Positions 44,674-56,182 of a stretch of 64,000 nucleotides of DNA are shown here, piece by piece. The notes under the pieces are model-generated. The model did not search any database and had not been told where the DNA came from. It was given only the letters and a program-made list of their open reading frames with translations. The position numbers were made by a program, and so were the translations under genes. The first letter of the stretch is position 1. Every line of letters begins with the position of its first letter. This DNA is from Anaerolineae bacterium. GTDB lineage: Bacteria > Chloroflexota > Anaerolineae > Aggregatilineales > Aggregatilineaceae. The DNA lies in contig JAFGNU010000060.1 of NCBI GenBank assembly GCA_016926875.1, positions 468 through 64,467 of the forward strand, read 5' to 3'.

Positions 44674-46023
44674 ATGGGATTCCTGTCAGGATTTTTCAAG
44701 AAAGAACCGGAGATCGACATTAACAACATCGACCAGGCGCTCCAGCAGGCGTTTACGCTGGGTGAAGCGAAAGATGCTGCGAACCGCCAGCAGGCGATCA
44801 AAATCTACCGCGCTATTGTCGACGCTCACCCTGAGCACTATACGGCCTGGTACAACCTGGGCGTGATCCAGTCGCGCGGTGACAACCTGGCGGCGGCAGT
44901 GGATGCTTTCGCGCGGGCGCAGGCTGACCCCGACCTGGAAATCGGTGCCGCGTTTGCGCGGTTGTGGCTGATGATCAAGGCTGGTAAAGAGGTGCCGGAT
45001 TCCTCATTCCCGCCCGAATTCCGGGGAGAAAACCGGGGCGCGCTGGGCGTTCAGGGGCCATGCCATAATGCCGCCAACGAACTGCGCAATCGTGGATATG
45101 ATTGCACGGTAGAGGGCGAAGGCAAAAGCGCTACGATCATCGTCGATGCCGATGGGAAGCAGTATAAGATCGCGCTGAATGACTTTATGGGTATGCTGAT
45201 GAAGAACATCTACCGGGTAGATGGGGACACGAGCACAAGCCTGGGCGATATCAAGGTGTTGAGTGAAGTCGAGCAGATGTTGATGCGGCTGAAACTGAAC
45301 GACGTGCCGCCCGTACAGGCCCCGGTAGGCGGTGCGCTCGACAGCACGACATACCAGCAGCTTCGCGCCGATGCCCAGCGCAAGACCGGCCCGCATGGCT
45401 GGGTGCGTGAGGGGCTGTCGTTTGCGGAAGTGGCCGAAAAGCAGGCCAAAGAAGCAGCCGAACGGGGCGTTCACCACGTACAGATCATGAGCCTGGACAG
45501 TATCGCGCAAAGCAATTGCAGCCCTGCGTCGTGCATGGTAGCCGTGCTGGATGGCGAGCCGTCATTGCTGGCGGTGTTGGGCAGTATTGACCCGGCGCAC
45601 ATCCCCATGATCAAGCGGGCAGTGGAAGGCGGCGCTACCTTGCTGCGAGGGGAGTTTTTCTCCATGCCGACCTACCCGATCATTCATCTCGGCGTGGGTG
45701 TGCCGGTTGCCTCGATGGGGCAGGATCGCTTCCAGGTGTCCATTGTGGAAAGCGCGACGAATTTTGCAGAGGCGAACTTTCAAGATTGGGTAGTCGCCAT
45801 CGAAGCGCGCAAGCAAACGATGATGCACGTCTTTGATCCGTCCTTCAAGCTGATCGCGAGCGGCCCGAAAAAGCTGGACCCTGAGATCGTGCAGGGCATT
45901 GTGGATGCGGTCAACCAGGCGAACGCGGCGTTCCAGACCATCCCGCCGACGTCGTTGGATCTGAAACAGGCGATGCACGCCTTTTTCGAGAAATACCCGG
46001 ACCCGTTCATCTGGAGCGAATAG
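44674..46023 (+). CDS. hypothetical protein with N-terminal TPR-like region
   Basis: SD GGAGTAGAGAG. AIKIYRAIVDAHPEHYTAWYNLGVIQSR. No family recognised for the remainder. Confidence 0.6.
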   Translation: MGFLSGFFKKEPEIDINNIDQALQQAFTLGEAKDAANRQQAIKIYRAIVDAHPEHYTAWYNLGVIQSRGDNLAAAVDAFARAQADPDLEIGAAFARLWLMIKAGKEVPDSSFPPEFRGENRGALGVQGPCHNAANELRNRGYDCTVEGEGKSATIIVDADGKQYKIALNDFMGMLMKNIYRVDGDTSTSLGDIKVLSEVEQMLMRLKLNDVPPVQAPVGGALDSTTYQQLRADAQRKTGPHGWVREGLSFAEVAEKQAKEAAERGVHHVQIMSLDSIAQSNCSPASCMVAVLDGEPSLLAVLGSIDPAHIPMIKRAVEGGATLLRGEFFSMPTYPIIHLGVGVPVASMGQDRFQVSIVESATNFAEANFQDWVVAIEARKQTMMHVFDPSFKLIASGPKKLDPEIVQGIVDAVNQANAAFQTIPPTSLDLKQAMHAFFEKYPDPFIWSE

Positions 46024-46124
46024 GGCACCACACGCGTGTGAAAAGCGCGCTCCTCCTGTTCGGGCGGGGCGCGTTTTGGTTTATAATGAAGGCATCGGCA
46101 AACGGCTGGTTGGAGACGGATACC

Positions 46125-46415
46125 ATGTACATCGCGTGCCCCAAGTGCGATTGGCGACCGCCGCCGGATACGCTGTGGACGTGTTCGTGCGGCTGTAGCT
46201 GGCACACGTTCTACACGCACGGTGTCTGCCCGGAGTGTGGCCGGGTGTGGAAGGAAACGCAGTGCAGTACCATGTATGGCTGCGGTGCGTGGTCCGATCA
46301 TGAGGACTGGTACCACGACGAAAGCGACCTCACCGTCGAAGAATACATCGCCAACCCGCAGCGCATCCAGATCGATGTGCCGGTTACCGGTCCCACCCCG
46401 GACGCTGATCGCTGA
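46125..46415 (+). CDS. hypothetical Cys-rich (zinc-ribbon-like) protein
   Basis: GGAG lies 11 nt before the ATG at 46125. MYIACPKCDW...CSCGCSW...CPECGRVW...; the ORF is open from 46038. Confidence 0.45.
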   Translation: MYIACPKCDWRPPPDTLWTCSCGCSWHTFYTHGVCPECGRVWKETQCSTMYGCGAWSDHEDWYHDESDLTVEEYIANPQRIQIDVPVTGPTPDADR

Positions 46416-46429
46416 TCACGCGCTTCTGT

Positions 46430-46458
46430 TTGGACCTCGGCACCCCGTGGGCTATAAT
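46430..46458 (+). promoter_or_regulatory. promoter predicted to give a leaderless mRNA
   Basis: TTGGAC (46430-46435), a 17-nt spacer, TATAAT (46453-46458). The ATG of the next ORF starts 9 nt after the -10 box and has no SD. Confidence 0.45.
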
Positions 46459-46962
46459 GCCCTCGCATGTCAACTACACCGGATTACAAACACCGCAGAC
46501 CGTGGAGCCTGCGCATTTTTTGCCTGATCACTGCCGGGATCGGAGCCTATAACCTGCTGCTGGTATGGGATCATGTTCACCGCGCCGGATACTACCGCGA
46601 CCTGGGTGTATCCTACCCGCCCCTGGGACGCGCCGCGTGGGCGCTGGTATGGGGCGTGCTGCTGCTGGGGTTGGACGCGGGATTGTGGCGGCGGCAGCGG
46701 TGGGCGCGCCGCTGGATTCTGATCGCCCTGAGCAACTACGGCGTCTTTGGCGTGTTATGGTTGAGTGTATATGCCCGATCGGATTTTGGCCGGGGTCGCA
46801 TCGGTTTTCAGGCGGCGCTGACGGCGCTGCTGGTGATCCTGGCGTGGTGGTTCATGCACTGGCGGCGGATTCGCGCGGTATTCGAGCGCACAGCCGACAC
46901 CTCCGCCGGATCGGACGCGTCGCCCGTCGAGCGGTCTGAGACAGTTTTGGAGAAACAACCGT

Positions 46963-48522
<1,560 letters not shown>

Positions 48523-48548
48523 GATGGTGTGGGAGGAGCGAACCGCTA

Positions 48549-48758
48549 ATGTCCGAAGATTACACCGATCCCGCACCGATATACCTGGATGATTCGCCGC
48601 GCTGGCCGACCGGACTCATCACGCTGATCGGCTTGCTGATCGGGACGTTGGCCGGGTTGGTACTGGGGCATGTGCCGATTGGCACGGCGGCAGGGCTGGC
48701 GGTTGGCGTGGGGATCGATTCGCTGCTGAACAACTGGCTCAACGGGGATGAAGGCTGA
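48549..48758 (+). CDS. small membrane protein (glycine-zipper-like)
   Basis: SD GGGAGGAG. LIGLLIGTLAGLVLGHVPIGTAAGLAVGVGI. Confidence 0.4.
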   Translation: MSEDYTDPAPIYLDDSPRWPTGLITLIGLLIGTLAGLVLGHVPIGTAAGLAVGVGIDSLLNNWLNGDEG

Positions 48759-48802
48759 ACAGCCGGTAGATAGCCCGTTAGGTACCGGCTCGAAGCAATG
48801 AT

Positions 48803-49528
48803 GTGTGGAAAGGAAACACGGTGAGCAAGGCGCGGGATAAGCGGCAACAAACGCCTGACACACCTGGAACAGATACGGCGACCGGCCCCGAACCGGCAGC
48901 GGCGGCTGCGGATCAGGAAACAGCCGTGCCCGCCGAGGTGAAGCAACCGCCCGCCGGGCGTGACACGGTTAAACCGCAGACACCGGCTAAATCGGCGCCC
49001 TCGAATCGCTGGCTGGTAGCACAGGCAACGGCGACTCTGGAATCGGTTGCTGCCCAGAATTACGTATGTTACAGCGGCGGGCCGGTGCCGCGCTACCCGG
49101 TGCAGTCAGCAGCGACCCCGCGAAGCGATCCGGCAGTGCTGTGTGTGGAACTGCGCCTGTGTGATGCGCAGGCGCAGATACGGCTGGCGATCCTGGACCA
49201 GCAGTTGACTAACCGGGAAAGCACGGCGCAGCAGTCGGTCTGGATCGGCTACAATAACACGCGGCAGGTGCAGATTGTCTGGATATGGGACTTTTACCGC
49301 ATTCAGAGCCATCTCGCGCTGCGGGCGGCGCTGCCCCCGGTTGATAGCCCGGCAGGTGCTACGACGCGGCAGGCGATGCTCGACACCCTGCGCGCCCTGG
49401 CACCGGGCGATTTGATGTGCATTGATGTGCAGTCCCCGTGCGGCGCGATTCACCAGCAGCACACGCTGGCACAGGCAGCGGTCGAGTGGACACCGGCGAA
49501 TCAGCCGCCAGTTGGTGGTGATCGGTGA
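48803..49528 (+). CDS. hypothetical protein
   Basis: ORF of native composition. An alternative GTG at 48821 follows GGAAAGGAAAC. No motif recognised. Confidence 0.4.
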   Translation: MWKGNTVSKARDKRQQTPDTPGTDTATGPEPAAAAADQETAVPAEVKQPPAGRDTVKPQTPAKSAPSNRWLVAQATATLESVAAQNYVCYSGGPVPRYPVQSAATPRSDPAVLCVELRLCDAQAQIRLAILDQQLTNRESTAQQSVWIGYNNTRQVQIVWIWDFYRIQSHLALRAALPPVDSPAGATTRQAMLDTLRALAPGDLMCIDVQSPCGAIHQQHTLAQAAVEWTPANQPPVGGDR

Positions 49529-49575
49529 TTGGTCGCCAACCGGGCAGCATGTAACGTGTAGGGGCAGCGAGCGTT

Positions 49576-49724
49576 GGCCTCACCCCCTGGCCCCCTCTCT
49601 CCATTGGCAATAGAGAGGGGGAAATAAGCGGCGAAAGGGTGTGATCCCGCGTGCACGCTCCCCTTTTCCCCTCTATAGCTCTGCTGGAGAGGGGAGAAGG
49701 GGCTGGGGGATGAGAGGTGAGGCC
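49576..49724. repeat. 149-bp nested-palindrome MITE-like element (CCCTCTCC/GAGAGGG family)
   Basis: Outer arms GGCCTCACC (49576-49584) and GGTGAGGCC (49716-49724). Inner stems CCCCCTCTCT...AGAGAGGGGG and CCCCTTTTCCCCTC...GAGGGGAGAAGGGG. Confidence 0.75.
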
Positions 49725-49812
49725 AATTCAAAACAGTTCTTTCTTGGGCAACAACCAAGCCGACATAAGGACTCAGTAACCAGGAAACGGAAACTCACAA
49801 AGCGAGTAGGGC

Positions 49813-51327
49813 ATGGCCGAAACGACCCTGATCAAAAAGGTGTTGATCGCCAATCGCGGCGAGATCGCGGTGCGCGTGATCCGCGCCTGCCGCGAGTTGG
49901 GCGGCATCGACGTGGTGGCGGTGTATTCTGATGCGGACCGCGAGGCGCTGCACGTGCGCTACGCGGACGAGGTGTATCCTATCGGCGCGGCAGCCCCGCG
50001 CGCCAGCTACCTGAACATCGAGCGGCTGATCGCGGTAGCCAGACGGTCCGGCGCAGATGCGATCCATCCCGGCTACGGCTTCTTGAGCGAGCGCGCCGAG
50101 TTTGCGCAGGCGTGCCAGGACGAGGGCATTATCTTCATCGGCCCGCCGCCGGATGCTATCGCGCGCATGGGCGACAAGCTCAAAGCCCGCGCGTTGATGC
50201 AGCAGGCGGGTGTGCCGGTTGTGCCGGGCACCGAGCCGGGCCTGGATGACGAGTCGTTGCGGCGCGCAGCAGGCCAGATCGGCTACCCGCTGGTGGTCAA
50301 GGCGGCGGCGGGCGGCGGCGGTAAAGGGATGCGTATCGTGCGCGAGCCATCCCAGTTTGAACCGGCATTACAGGCGGCGCACCGCGAAGCCGAAGCGGCT
50401 TTTGGCGACGGTACTGTCTACCTGGAAAAGCTGATCGAGGGCGCGCGGCACATCGAATTTCAAATCCTGGCCGACCTGCATGGCAACACGATCCACCTGG
50501 GCGAGCGTGAATGCAGCATTCAGCGCCGTCATCAAAAGCTGTTCGAGGAATCGCCCAGTTCCTTCATGGATGATGATCTACGCGCGCGCATGGGCGCCGT
50601 GGCGATCCGCGCAGCGCAGGCGGTGGACTACGTCAACGCCGGTACGGTTGAATTCCTGGTCGATCCCGACAAAAACTTCTACTTTCTGGAGATGAACACC
50701 CGTTTGCAGGTTGAGCACCCGGTCACCGAGCTGGTAACGGGCGTTGACCTGGTCAAGGAGCAGATACGCATCGCGCGCGGGCGCAAGATGGGGCCGGAAG
50801 ACGGTGTAACGCTCAAGGGGTGGGCGGTCGAGTGCCGGATCAATGCCGAAGACCCGTACAATAACTTTTTGCCGTCGGTCGGGCAGGTAACGGTCCATAT
50901 CGCGCCGACCGGGCCGGGCGTCCGGCTGGACAGCGGCATTTACGCCGGGTACGAGGTGACGCCCTATTACGACTCGCTGCTGGCCAAGCTGATCGCATGG
51001 GGCGAGACGCGCGGCGAGGCGGTGCTGCGGATGCGGCGCGCCCTGGCCGAGTACAAGATCATGGGCTTGAAGACCAACCTGCCATTTCACCAGAAGTTGA
51101 TGGACAGCACGCGCTTTCAGGCCGGGCGTATCCATACCAGTTTTGCCGAGGAATTTATGATCATGCGCGACGAGGACGCCAATACCGACCGGGCCGAGGT
51201 GGCCGCGATCCTGGCGACACTGGTCGAGCACCAGCAGCGCCAGCAGTCCTCGCAGATCGTGGCGCGGCCCAAGCGCGACGTGTCGAACTGGAAATGGTTC
51301 AGCCGTTGGGAGCGTATGAGCCGGTAA
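49813..51327 (+). CDS. accC: biotin carboxylase subunit of acetyl/propionyl-CoA carboxylase
   Basis: KVLIANRGEIAVRVIRACRELG, GYPLVVKAAAGGGGKGMRIV and EMNTRLQVEHPVTE. Confidence 0.93.
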   Translation: MAETTLIKKVLIANRGEIAVRVIRACRELGGIDVVAVYSDADREALHVRYADEVYPIGAAAPRASYLNIERLIAVARRSGADAIHPGYGFLSERAEFAQACQDEGIIFIGPPPDAIARMGDKLKARALMQQAGVPVVPGTEPGLDDESLRRAAGQIGYPLVVKAAAGGGGKGMRIVREPSQFEPALQAAHREAEAAFGDGTVYLEKLIEGARHIEFQILADLHGNTIHLGERECSIQRRHQKLFEESPSSFMDDDLRARMGAVAIRAAQAVDYVNAGTVEFLVDPDKNFYFLEMNTRLQVEHPVTELVTGVDLVKEQIRIARGRKMGPEDGVTLKGWAVECRINAEDPYNNFLPSVGQVTVHIAPTGPGVRLDSGIYAGYEVTPYYDSLLAKLIAWGETRGEAVLRMRRALAEYKIMGLKTNLPFHQKLMDSTRFQAGRIHTSFAEEFMIMRDEDANTDRAEVAAILATLVEHQQRQQSSQIVARPKRDVSNWKWFSRWERMSR

Positions 51328-51358
51328 GAAAAAAAACGGAAACCGGAAACGAGAACAC

Positions 51359-52441
51359 ATGACCCAACCAACCATCATCAAACGTTTGCTCAACCTGAAT
51401 ACGCTGTTGGTCTTTGGCGTGGTGGCGGTGATCCTGCGGCTGACCGATGGTGATGATGTCGCCATTTTTGCCGCGTCGGCGCTGGCGATCATCCCGCTGG
51501 CCGGGCTGATCGGCATGGCTACCGAGGAGATCGCCAGCCGGACCGGGCCGCAGATCGGCGGGCTGTTGAACGCCACGCTTGGCAACGCGGCAGAACTGAT
51601 CATCACCATCTTTGCGCTGCGCGAAGGGCTGCTCGAACTGGTGCGCGCCTCGATCATCGGCTCGGTGCTGGGCAACCTGCTGCTGGTGATGGGATTGGCG
51701 ATCTTGCTGGGCGGGCTGAAAAACGGCCTGCAAACCTTCGACCGGCGGCGCGCCACCATGAACGCCACGCTGTTGATCCTGTCGTTTATGGCGCTGGCGA
51801 TCCCGTCCTTGTTTGATGTGACGTTTGTCGAAAACAGGGAGTTCGAGTCGGAACTGCTGCTCAGCGAGGGGATCGCGTTGGTCCTGATCGCATTGTACGC
51901 AGCCAACGTGATGTATTCGCTGCTGGTCACACATCCCGGCGACGAACCTGCCGAAGATATGCACCACCACGATCCGCAGTGGTCCACGCAGATGGCGCTG
52001 GGTGTGCTGGCTTTTGCGACGGTCGGTATTGTGTTCATGTCGGAATTCCTGGTCGGCACGGTCGAGCCGGTGGTTGAAGAACTTGGCTGGAGCGAGTTGT
52101 TTGTCGGCGTGATCATCGTGCCGATCATCGGCAACGTGGCCGAGCACCTGGTCGCGGTGCAGGCGGCGATCAAAAATCAGATGGAACTCGCCGTCAGCAT
52201 CGCGCTGGGTTCAAGCTTGCAGATCGCGCTGTTTGTCGCGCCGGTGTTGGTCTTTATCAGCCTGCTGTTTGAGGACAAGCTGATCCTGGCTTTCACGCTG
52301 CCGGAGATCATCGCGCTGGCGGCGGCGTCCTATGTTACGGCGCTGGTGGCCGAAGACGGCGAATCGAACTGGTTCGAGGGCTTGATGCTGCTGGCCGTGT
52401 ATTTGATCGTGGCGCTGGCGTTTTTCCTGCTGCCGGAGTAG
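51359..52441 (+). CDS. Ca2+/H+ antiporter (CaCA/CAX family)
   Basis: Two alpha-repeat signatures, GNAAELIITIFAL and GNVAEHLVAVQAA. About 11 TM helices. Confidence 0.88.
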   Translation: MTQPTIIKRLLNLNTLLVFGVVAVILRLTDGDDVAIFAASALAIIPLAGLIGMATEEIASRTGPQIGGLLNATLGNAAELIITIFALREGLLELVRASIIGSVLGNLLLVMGLAILLGGLKNGLQTFDRRRATMNATLLILSFMALAIPSLFDVTFVENREFESELLLSEGIALVLIALYAANVMYSLLVTHPGDEPAEDMHHHDPQWSTQMALGVLAFATVGIVFMSEFLVGTVEPVVEELGWSELFVGVIIVPIIGNVAEHLVAVQAAIKNQMELAVSIALGSSLQIALFVAPVLVFISLLFEDKLILAFTLPEIIALAAASYVTALVAEDGESNWFEGLMLLAVYLIVALAFFLLPE

Positions 52442-52529
52442 AGTCTGCCCCTTGCGCCGGAAATTGCGCAGGATTCATATCAGGCGGTGTCCGCATCGCT
52501 CTATCGTAATAATCTACAAGGAGTATTGG

Positions 52530-53861
52530 ATGAACCTCATACGCCGTAGTGCTGTCGTCGTCGTCGCGTTGATCGTCGTGCTGGCGGCAGGTAGCGCAGG
52601 CGCTGCGCCTGTCACGCTGGATTCGGAAACCATCCGGCAGGAAGGCGCATTGACGCCGGAAGATATTTGTGCGCAGGCGCTGGAAGACCTGCCAGAACCC
52701 GAAACACGCGAGTTTGAGCAAGCCGAGGACGTACTGCAAGAAGGCGTAGACTATTGGGCGGTGCTGTGTACGGCGCGCGGGCCGGTCTACCTGGACCTGT
52801 TCGAAGCCGAAGCGCCGCAGACGGTCAACAACTTCGTGTTCCTGGCGCAGGAACACTATTACGACAGCATCACGTTTCACCGCGTGCTGCCGGGTTTCAT
52901 GGCGCAGGGGGGAGATCCAACCGGCACCGGCTCTGGGGGACCGGGCTATATATTTGATGACGAGACGGATAACGGCCTGATATTTGACGAGGCCGGGCTG
53001 CTGGCGATGGCTAACGCCGGGGAGAATACCAACGGCAGCCAGTTTTTTATCACGTATGTCAAGACATCCTGGCTGGACGGCGCGCACACGGTCTTTGGGC
53101 GCGTGTACCAGGGGATCGAGGCTGCCGAACTGCTCAAGCCGCGTGACCCTGCCCAGGGAGTGCTGTTTGACGGTGACGCGCTGGACACGGTCGTGATCGT
53201 CGAGGACCCGGCGTTGGTGGATGCCGTGCCCGACGGTCCGCCGGGCATAGACCACCTGCAAGCGCTGCTCGAAATCGCGGTCGTCGGCCAGTTGAACACC
53301 CTGTTTTCGGTTGTTGATGAGGTTTCGCATGTCTACGACCTGGATGCGGAAGCCGAATCCTGGGCCGGGCAGGGCGGCGACGACCTGGTAGCTTACATGC
53401 AGGATTATCTGGTTGAAAAGGGCTTCCTGGGTACGGCTGCCGTCTGGCTGCTGGCCGAATGCCCGGAAAATCCCGAAGACCTGCCGCTGTGGGCGGTTGG
53501 CTTCCAGGTATCGGATTATGGCGCGGCGGGCGCGGCTGAGGGCGTGATCAACGACGACGCGCGCGCGGATATGCTGGTGGAGACCGGCGCCTACGAAAGC
53601 TACAGCACCCCGTCGACGATGAGCGGGCGCATCTATCGTGTGCCGGTTGAAGATGGCTTTTGCGGGCCGGACGGCGTGAACTACCGCTATGAGCTGCCCT
53701 ATGGCCGCTACGTGGTGACGTTTGACACGGTGCTGGACAACGCGGTTATCAGCGACCCGGTGGAAGTGGAACAGCTTCTTGGCTATGTCGCCAACGACCT
53801 GTTTTTGTCGTCGATCAGCGGCGCGCTGGATCGCGGTAATGCGGCGGTGCTGGCGGAGTAG
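52530..53861 (+). CDS. secreted cyclophilin-type peptidyl-prolyl isomerase with long C-terminal extension
   Basis: SD AAGGAG before the ATG at 52530, then a signal peptide. FHRVLPGFMAQGGDPTGTGSGGPGY and GLLAMANAGENTNGSQFFIT. Confidence 0.85.
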   Translation: MNLIRRSAVVVVALIVVLAAGSAGAAPVTLDSETIRQEGALTPEDICAQALEDLPEPETREFEQAEDVLQEGVDYWAVLCTARGPVYLDLFEAEAPQTVNNFVFLAQEHYYDSITFHRVLPGFMAQGGDPTGTGSGGPGYIFDDETDNGLIFDEAGLLAMANAGENTNGSQFFITYVKTSWLDGAHTVFGRVYQGIEAAELLKPRDPAQGVLFDGDALDTVVIVEDPALVDAVPDGPPGIDHLQALLEIAVVGQLNTLFSVVDEVSHVYDLDAEAESWAGQGGDDLVAYMQDYLVEKGFLGTAAVWLLAECPENPEDLPLWAVGFQVSDYGAAGAAEGVINDDARADMLVETGAYESYSTPSTMSGRIYRVPVEDGFCGPDGVNYRYELPYGRYVVTFDTVLDNAVISDPVEVEQLLGYVANDLFLSSISGALDRGNAAVLAE

Positions 53862-53890
53862 GCCCGGCATTCAGCATTGTGATCGTTTCA

Positions 53891-53957
53891 GTGGTGTCGT
53901 GATCATGTAGGGGCAAGCCGGTGGGTTGCCCTGGGCGACTCACCGAGTCGCCCCTAC
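53891..53957. repeat. REP-like compound hairpin (GTAGGGGC family)
   Basis: The leader TGGTGTCGTGATCAT is shared with 16621. Outer arms GTAGGGGC (53907-53914) and GCCCCTAC (53950-53957). Inner stems GGGCAA...TTGCCC and GGGCGACT...AGTCGCCC. Confidence 0.7.
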
Positions 53958-54010
53958 ACACCAACCGTTTATTTCCGGCCAACTGCCAGGCGCTATCGGA
54001 CGGAGCGCGT

Positions 54011-54508
54011 ATGAAATACCAGACGATTGTGAACGAGCAGGAATTCGACATTGAGATCAACGAGGACGGACGCATCCTGGTGAACGGACAGGCGCGGGCG
54101 ATTGACTTTCGCGTGCTGCGCCAGGGCGAACTGTACTCGCTGCTGGTTGATAACGCCAGCTATGAAGGCGTGGTCGAGGAGCGCGACGACCTGTACCATG
54201 TGCTGATGTCCGGCGATATGTACGAGGTCAAAGTCACGGACGAGCGCAGCCGCCGGTTGGAAAGCGCGTTCATGGCGTTTGGCGATACGTCCGGCGAGGT
54301 GTCGATCCGCGCGCCGATGCCCGGCCTGATCACGCGCGTGCCGGTCGAGGAAGGCCAGCCGGTCACCAAGGGCGAGACGGTTGTGATCCTCGAATCGATG
54401 AAGATGGAAAACGAGTTAAAGTCGCCGCGTGATGGCACGGTTCGCCGCGTCAAGGTGGCGGAGGGTGACAACGTCGAACAAAACAAGCTGCTTGTCACGA
54501 TCTCGTAG
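54011..54508 (+). CDS. biotin carboxyl carrier protein (biotinyl/lipoyl domain)
   Basis: ATG at 54011. The C-terminal domain VILESMKMENELKSPRDGTV carries the MKM biotinylation motif. Confidence 0.85.
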   Translation: MKYQTIVNEQEFDIEINEDGRILVNGQARAIDFRVLRQGELYSLLVDNASYEGVVEERDDLYHVLMSGDMYEVKVTDERSRRLESAFMAFGDTSGEVSIRAPMPGLITRVPVEEGQPVTKGETVVILESMKMENELKSPRDGTVRRVKVAEGDNVEQNKLLVTIS

Positions 54509-54637
54509 GTTAAGCGCGGGGCAGGTGCGCCCCAAATAACGGTATAATGGCGCCGCAAGGGGCGGTAATGCTCCGGCGCGGTTGGTTTCCGGTCGTTACC
54601 TGTCGGGCGACCGGGCTTTTTGTTGACAGGTGAGGGT

Positions 54638-56182
54638 ATGCGCACAGAGCACATATACAGGCGTTGGAACGGCTGGATCATGTGGTTGCTGGATGGGCTG
54701 TGGCTGGCCGGGCTGGTGATCTACGTGCTGGCCGGGTATGACGACGTGCCGTTTCATGGCGACGAGTCCAGCCTGATCAGCATGAGCCGCGATTACCATA
54801 CCCTGGTGCTGGTCGGCGAGACTGACCCCCTGCTGTACACCGACACGCCGGATAACCCGGCAGAGCAAGAACTCCGCATCCTGAACGGCACGGTCGGCAA
54901 GATGGCGATGGGCCTGGCCTGGGACTTGGCCGGGTACACGGTGGACGACATCAACGAGCCGTGGGTCTGGGAATGGACATTGGAGCAAAACCGGGCGCTC
55001 GGCCACCTGCCCGGTGACGGTCTGCTGAAGGCGGCGCGGCTGTCATCAGCGCTGCTGCTGGCGCTCAGCGTGGTGATCGTTTTCAGCATTGCGCAGCAGG
55101 CGGCGGGCAGCCGGTGGGCAGCCTGGGCGGCCAGCCTGATCTATGCCACGACACCGGCGGTGCTGCTCGGCGGGCGGCGGGCGATGATGGACGGCGCGCT
55201 GCTGTGTTTTTCCGCGCTGACGATCTGGGCCGCTTTGCGGCTGGTGCGTCTACCAGAAAATGAACTCCGGCGCGGGACGCTGATCGTATGGGCGCTGGCG
55301 CTGGGTGCGCTGTGCGGTTTTATGCTCGCAGGCGTGGCCAGCGGCGGTGTGCAGACGGTCGAAGACAACGCGGCGATCATGCTGCTGTGTATTTCCGTGC
55401 TGCTGATCCTGGCGGTGCTGCGCGCATGGCGCATCCAGGAACCCGGATCCCGGTTCAGGGCGCAGGACTGGTGGTGGGCGGCTCTCAGCGTGGCAAGCGG
55501 CAGCGCGGTCGCCAGCAAACACAACGGGGGGATCGTGGTGCTGGCTGCCTTCCTGGCAGTACTTGCTGCGCCGCTGGTCCAACACCGAGGAGCCGATAAT
55601 CCGGTCGATTTCCACCGGTTCGCCGGGCGAATCTTGCGGCTGGTTGAAGCGGGCCTGTGGGCGGTGCTTGTCTTCCTGGCGTGGAACCCGGCGTGGTGGG
55701 CAAACCCGTTCCAGATGCCGGAGATTGTATGGGACGCGCGCACGAGCCTGCTGGATGTGCAGGTAGCCTGGTACGGCGGCTATGACGGGCTGGACGAGCG
55801 GATCGAGGGCCTGATCGACCAGGCGTTTTTTGCCCCGCCGCAGTATTACGAGGTGGCCGCGTGGCAAGACTACGTTGGCGACCAGATCGAGACCTACCGT
55901 GCGTCCGGGCTGGCCGGGCAAGACACAGGCACGATCTGGAGCGCGGCGCTGATCGCGGCGTGCGCCGCCGGGCTGGTCGATCTGCTGCGGCGCTGGCGAG
56001 ACGGTCCCGCGCTGGTGGTGCTGTTATGGTTGAGCGTGACGGCGCTGGCCCTGCTGATCACGGTGCCGCTGGCCTGGCAGCGCTATTATTTGCCGCTGTA
56101 CGCGCCGCTGGCGGTGGTGTGCGGCGTAGGCGTGTGGCGGATCGCGCGGGTGGGCTGGGGCGTGGGAAGACAGCATGGCTGA
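54638..56182 (+). CDS. polytopic membrane protein, putative GT-C/ArnT-like glycosyltransferase
   Basis: SD GGTGAGGG before the ATG at 54638. FHGDESSLI acidic loop motif after TM1. At least 10 TM helices. Confidence 0.65.
   Translation: MRTEHIYRRWNGWIMWLLDGLWLAGLVIYVLAGYDDVPFHGDESSLISMSRDYHTLVLVGETDPLLYTDTPDNPAEQELRILNGTVGKMAMGLAWDLAGYTVDDINEPWVWEWTLEQNRALGHLPGDGLLKAARLSSALLLALSVVIVFSIAQQAAGSRWAAWAASLIYATTPAVLLGGRRAMMDGALLCFSALTIWAALRLVRLPENELRRGTLIVWALALGALCGFMLAGVASGGVQTVEDNAAIMLLCISVLLILAVLRAWRIQEPGSRFRAQDWWWAALSVASGSAVASKHNGGIVVLAAFLAVLAAPLVQHRGADNPVDFHRFAGRILRLVEAGLWAVLVFLAWNPAWWANPFQMPEIVWDARTSLLDVQVAWYGGYDGLDERIEGLIDQAFFAPPQYYEVAAWQDYVGDQIETYRASGLAGQDTGTIWSAALIAACAAGLVDLLRRWRDGPALVVLLWLSVTALALLITVPLAWQRYYLPLYAPLAVVCGVGVWRIARVGWGVGRQHG

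Noticed and set aside
49576-49724. Repeated palindromes as a possible CRISPR array.
   Set aside because: These are single compound elements with nested inverted repeats. There are no regularly spaced direct repeats and spacers, and no cas genes in the window.
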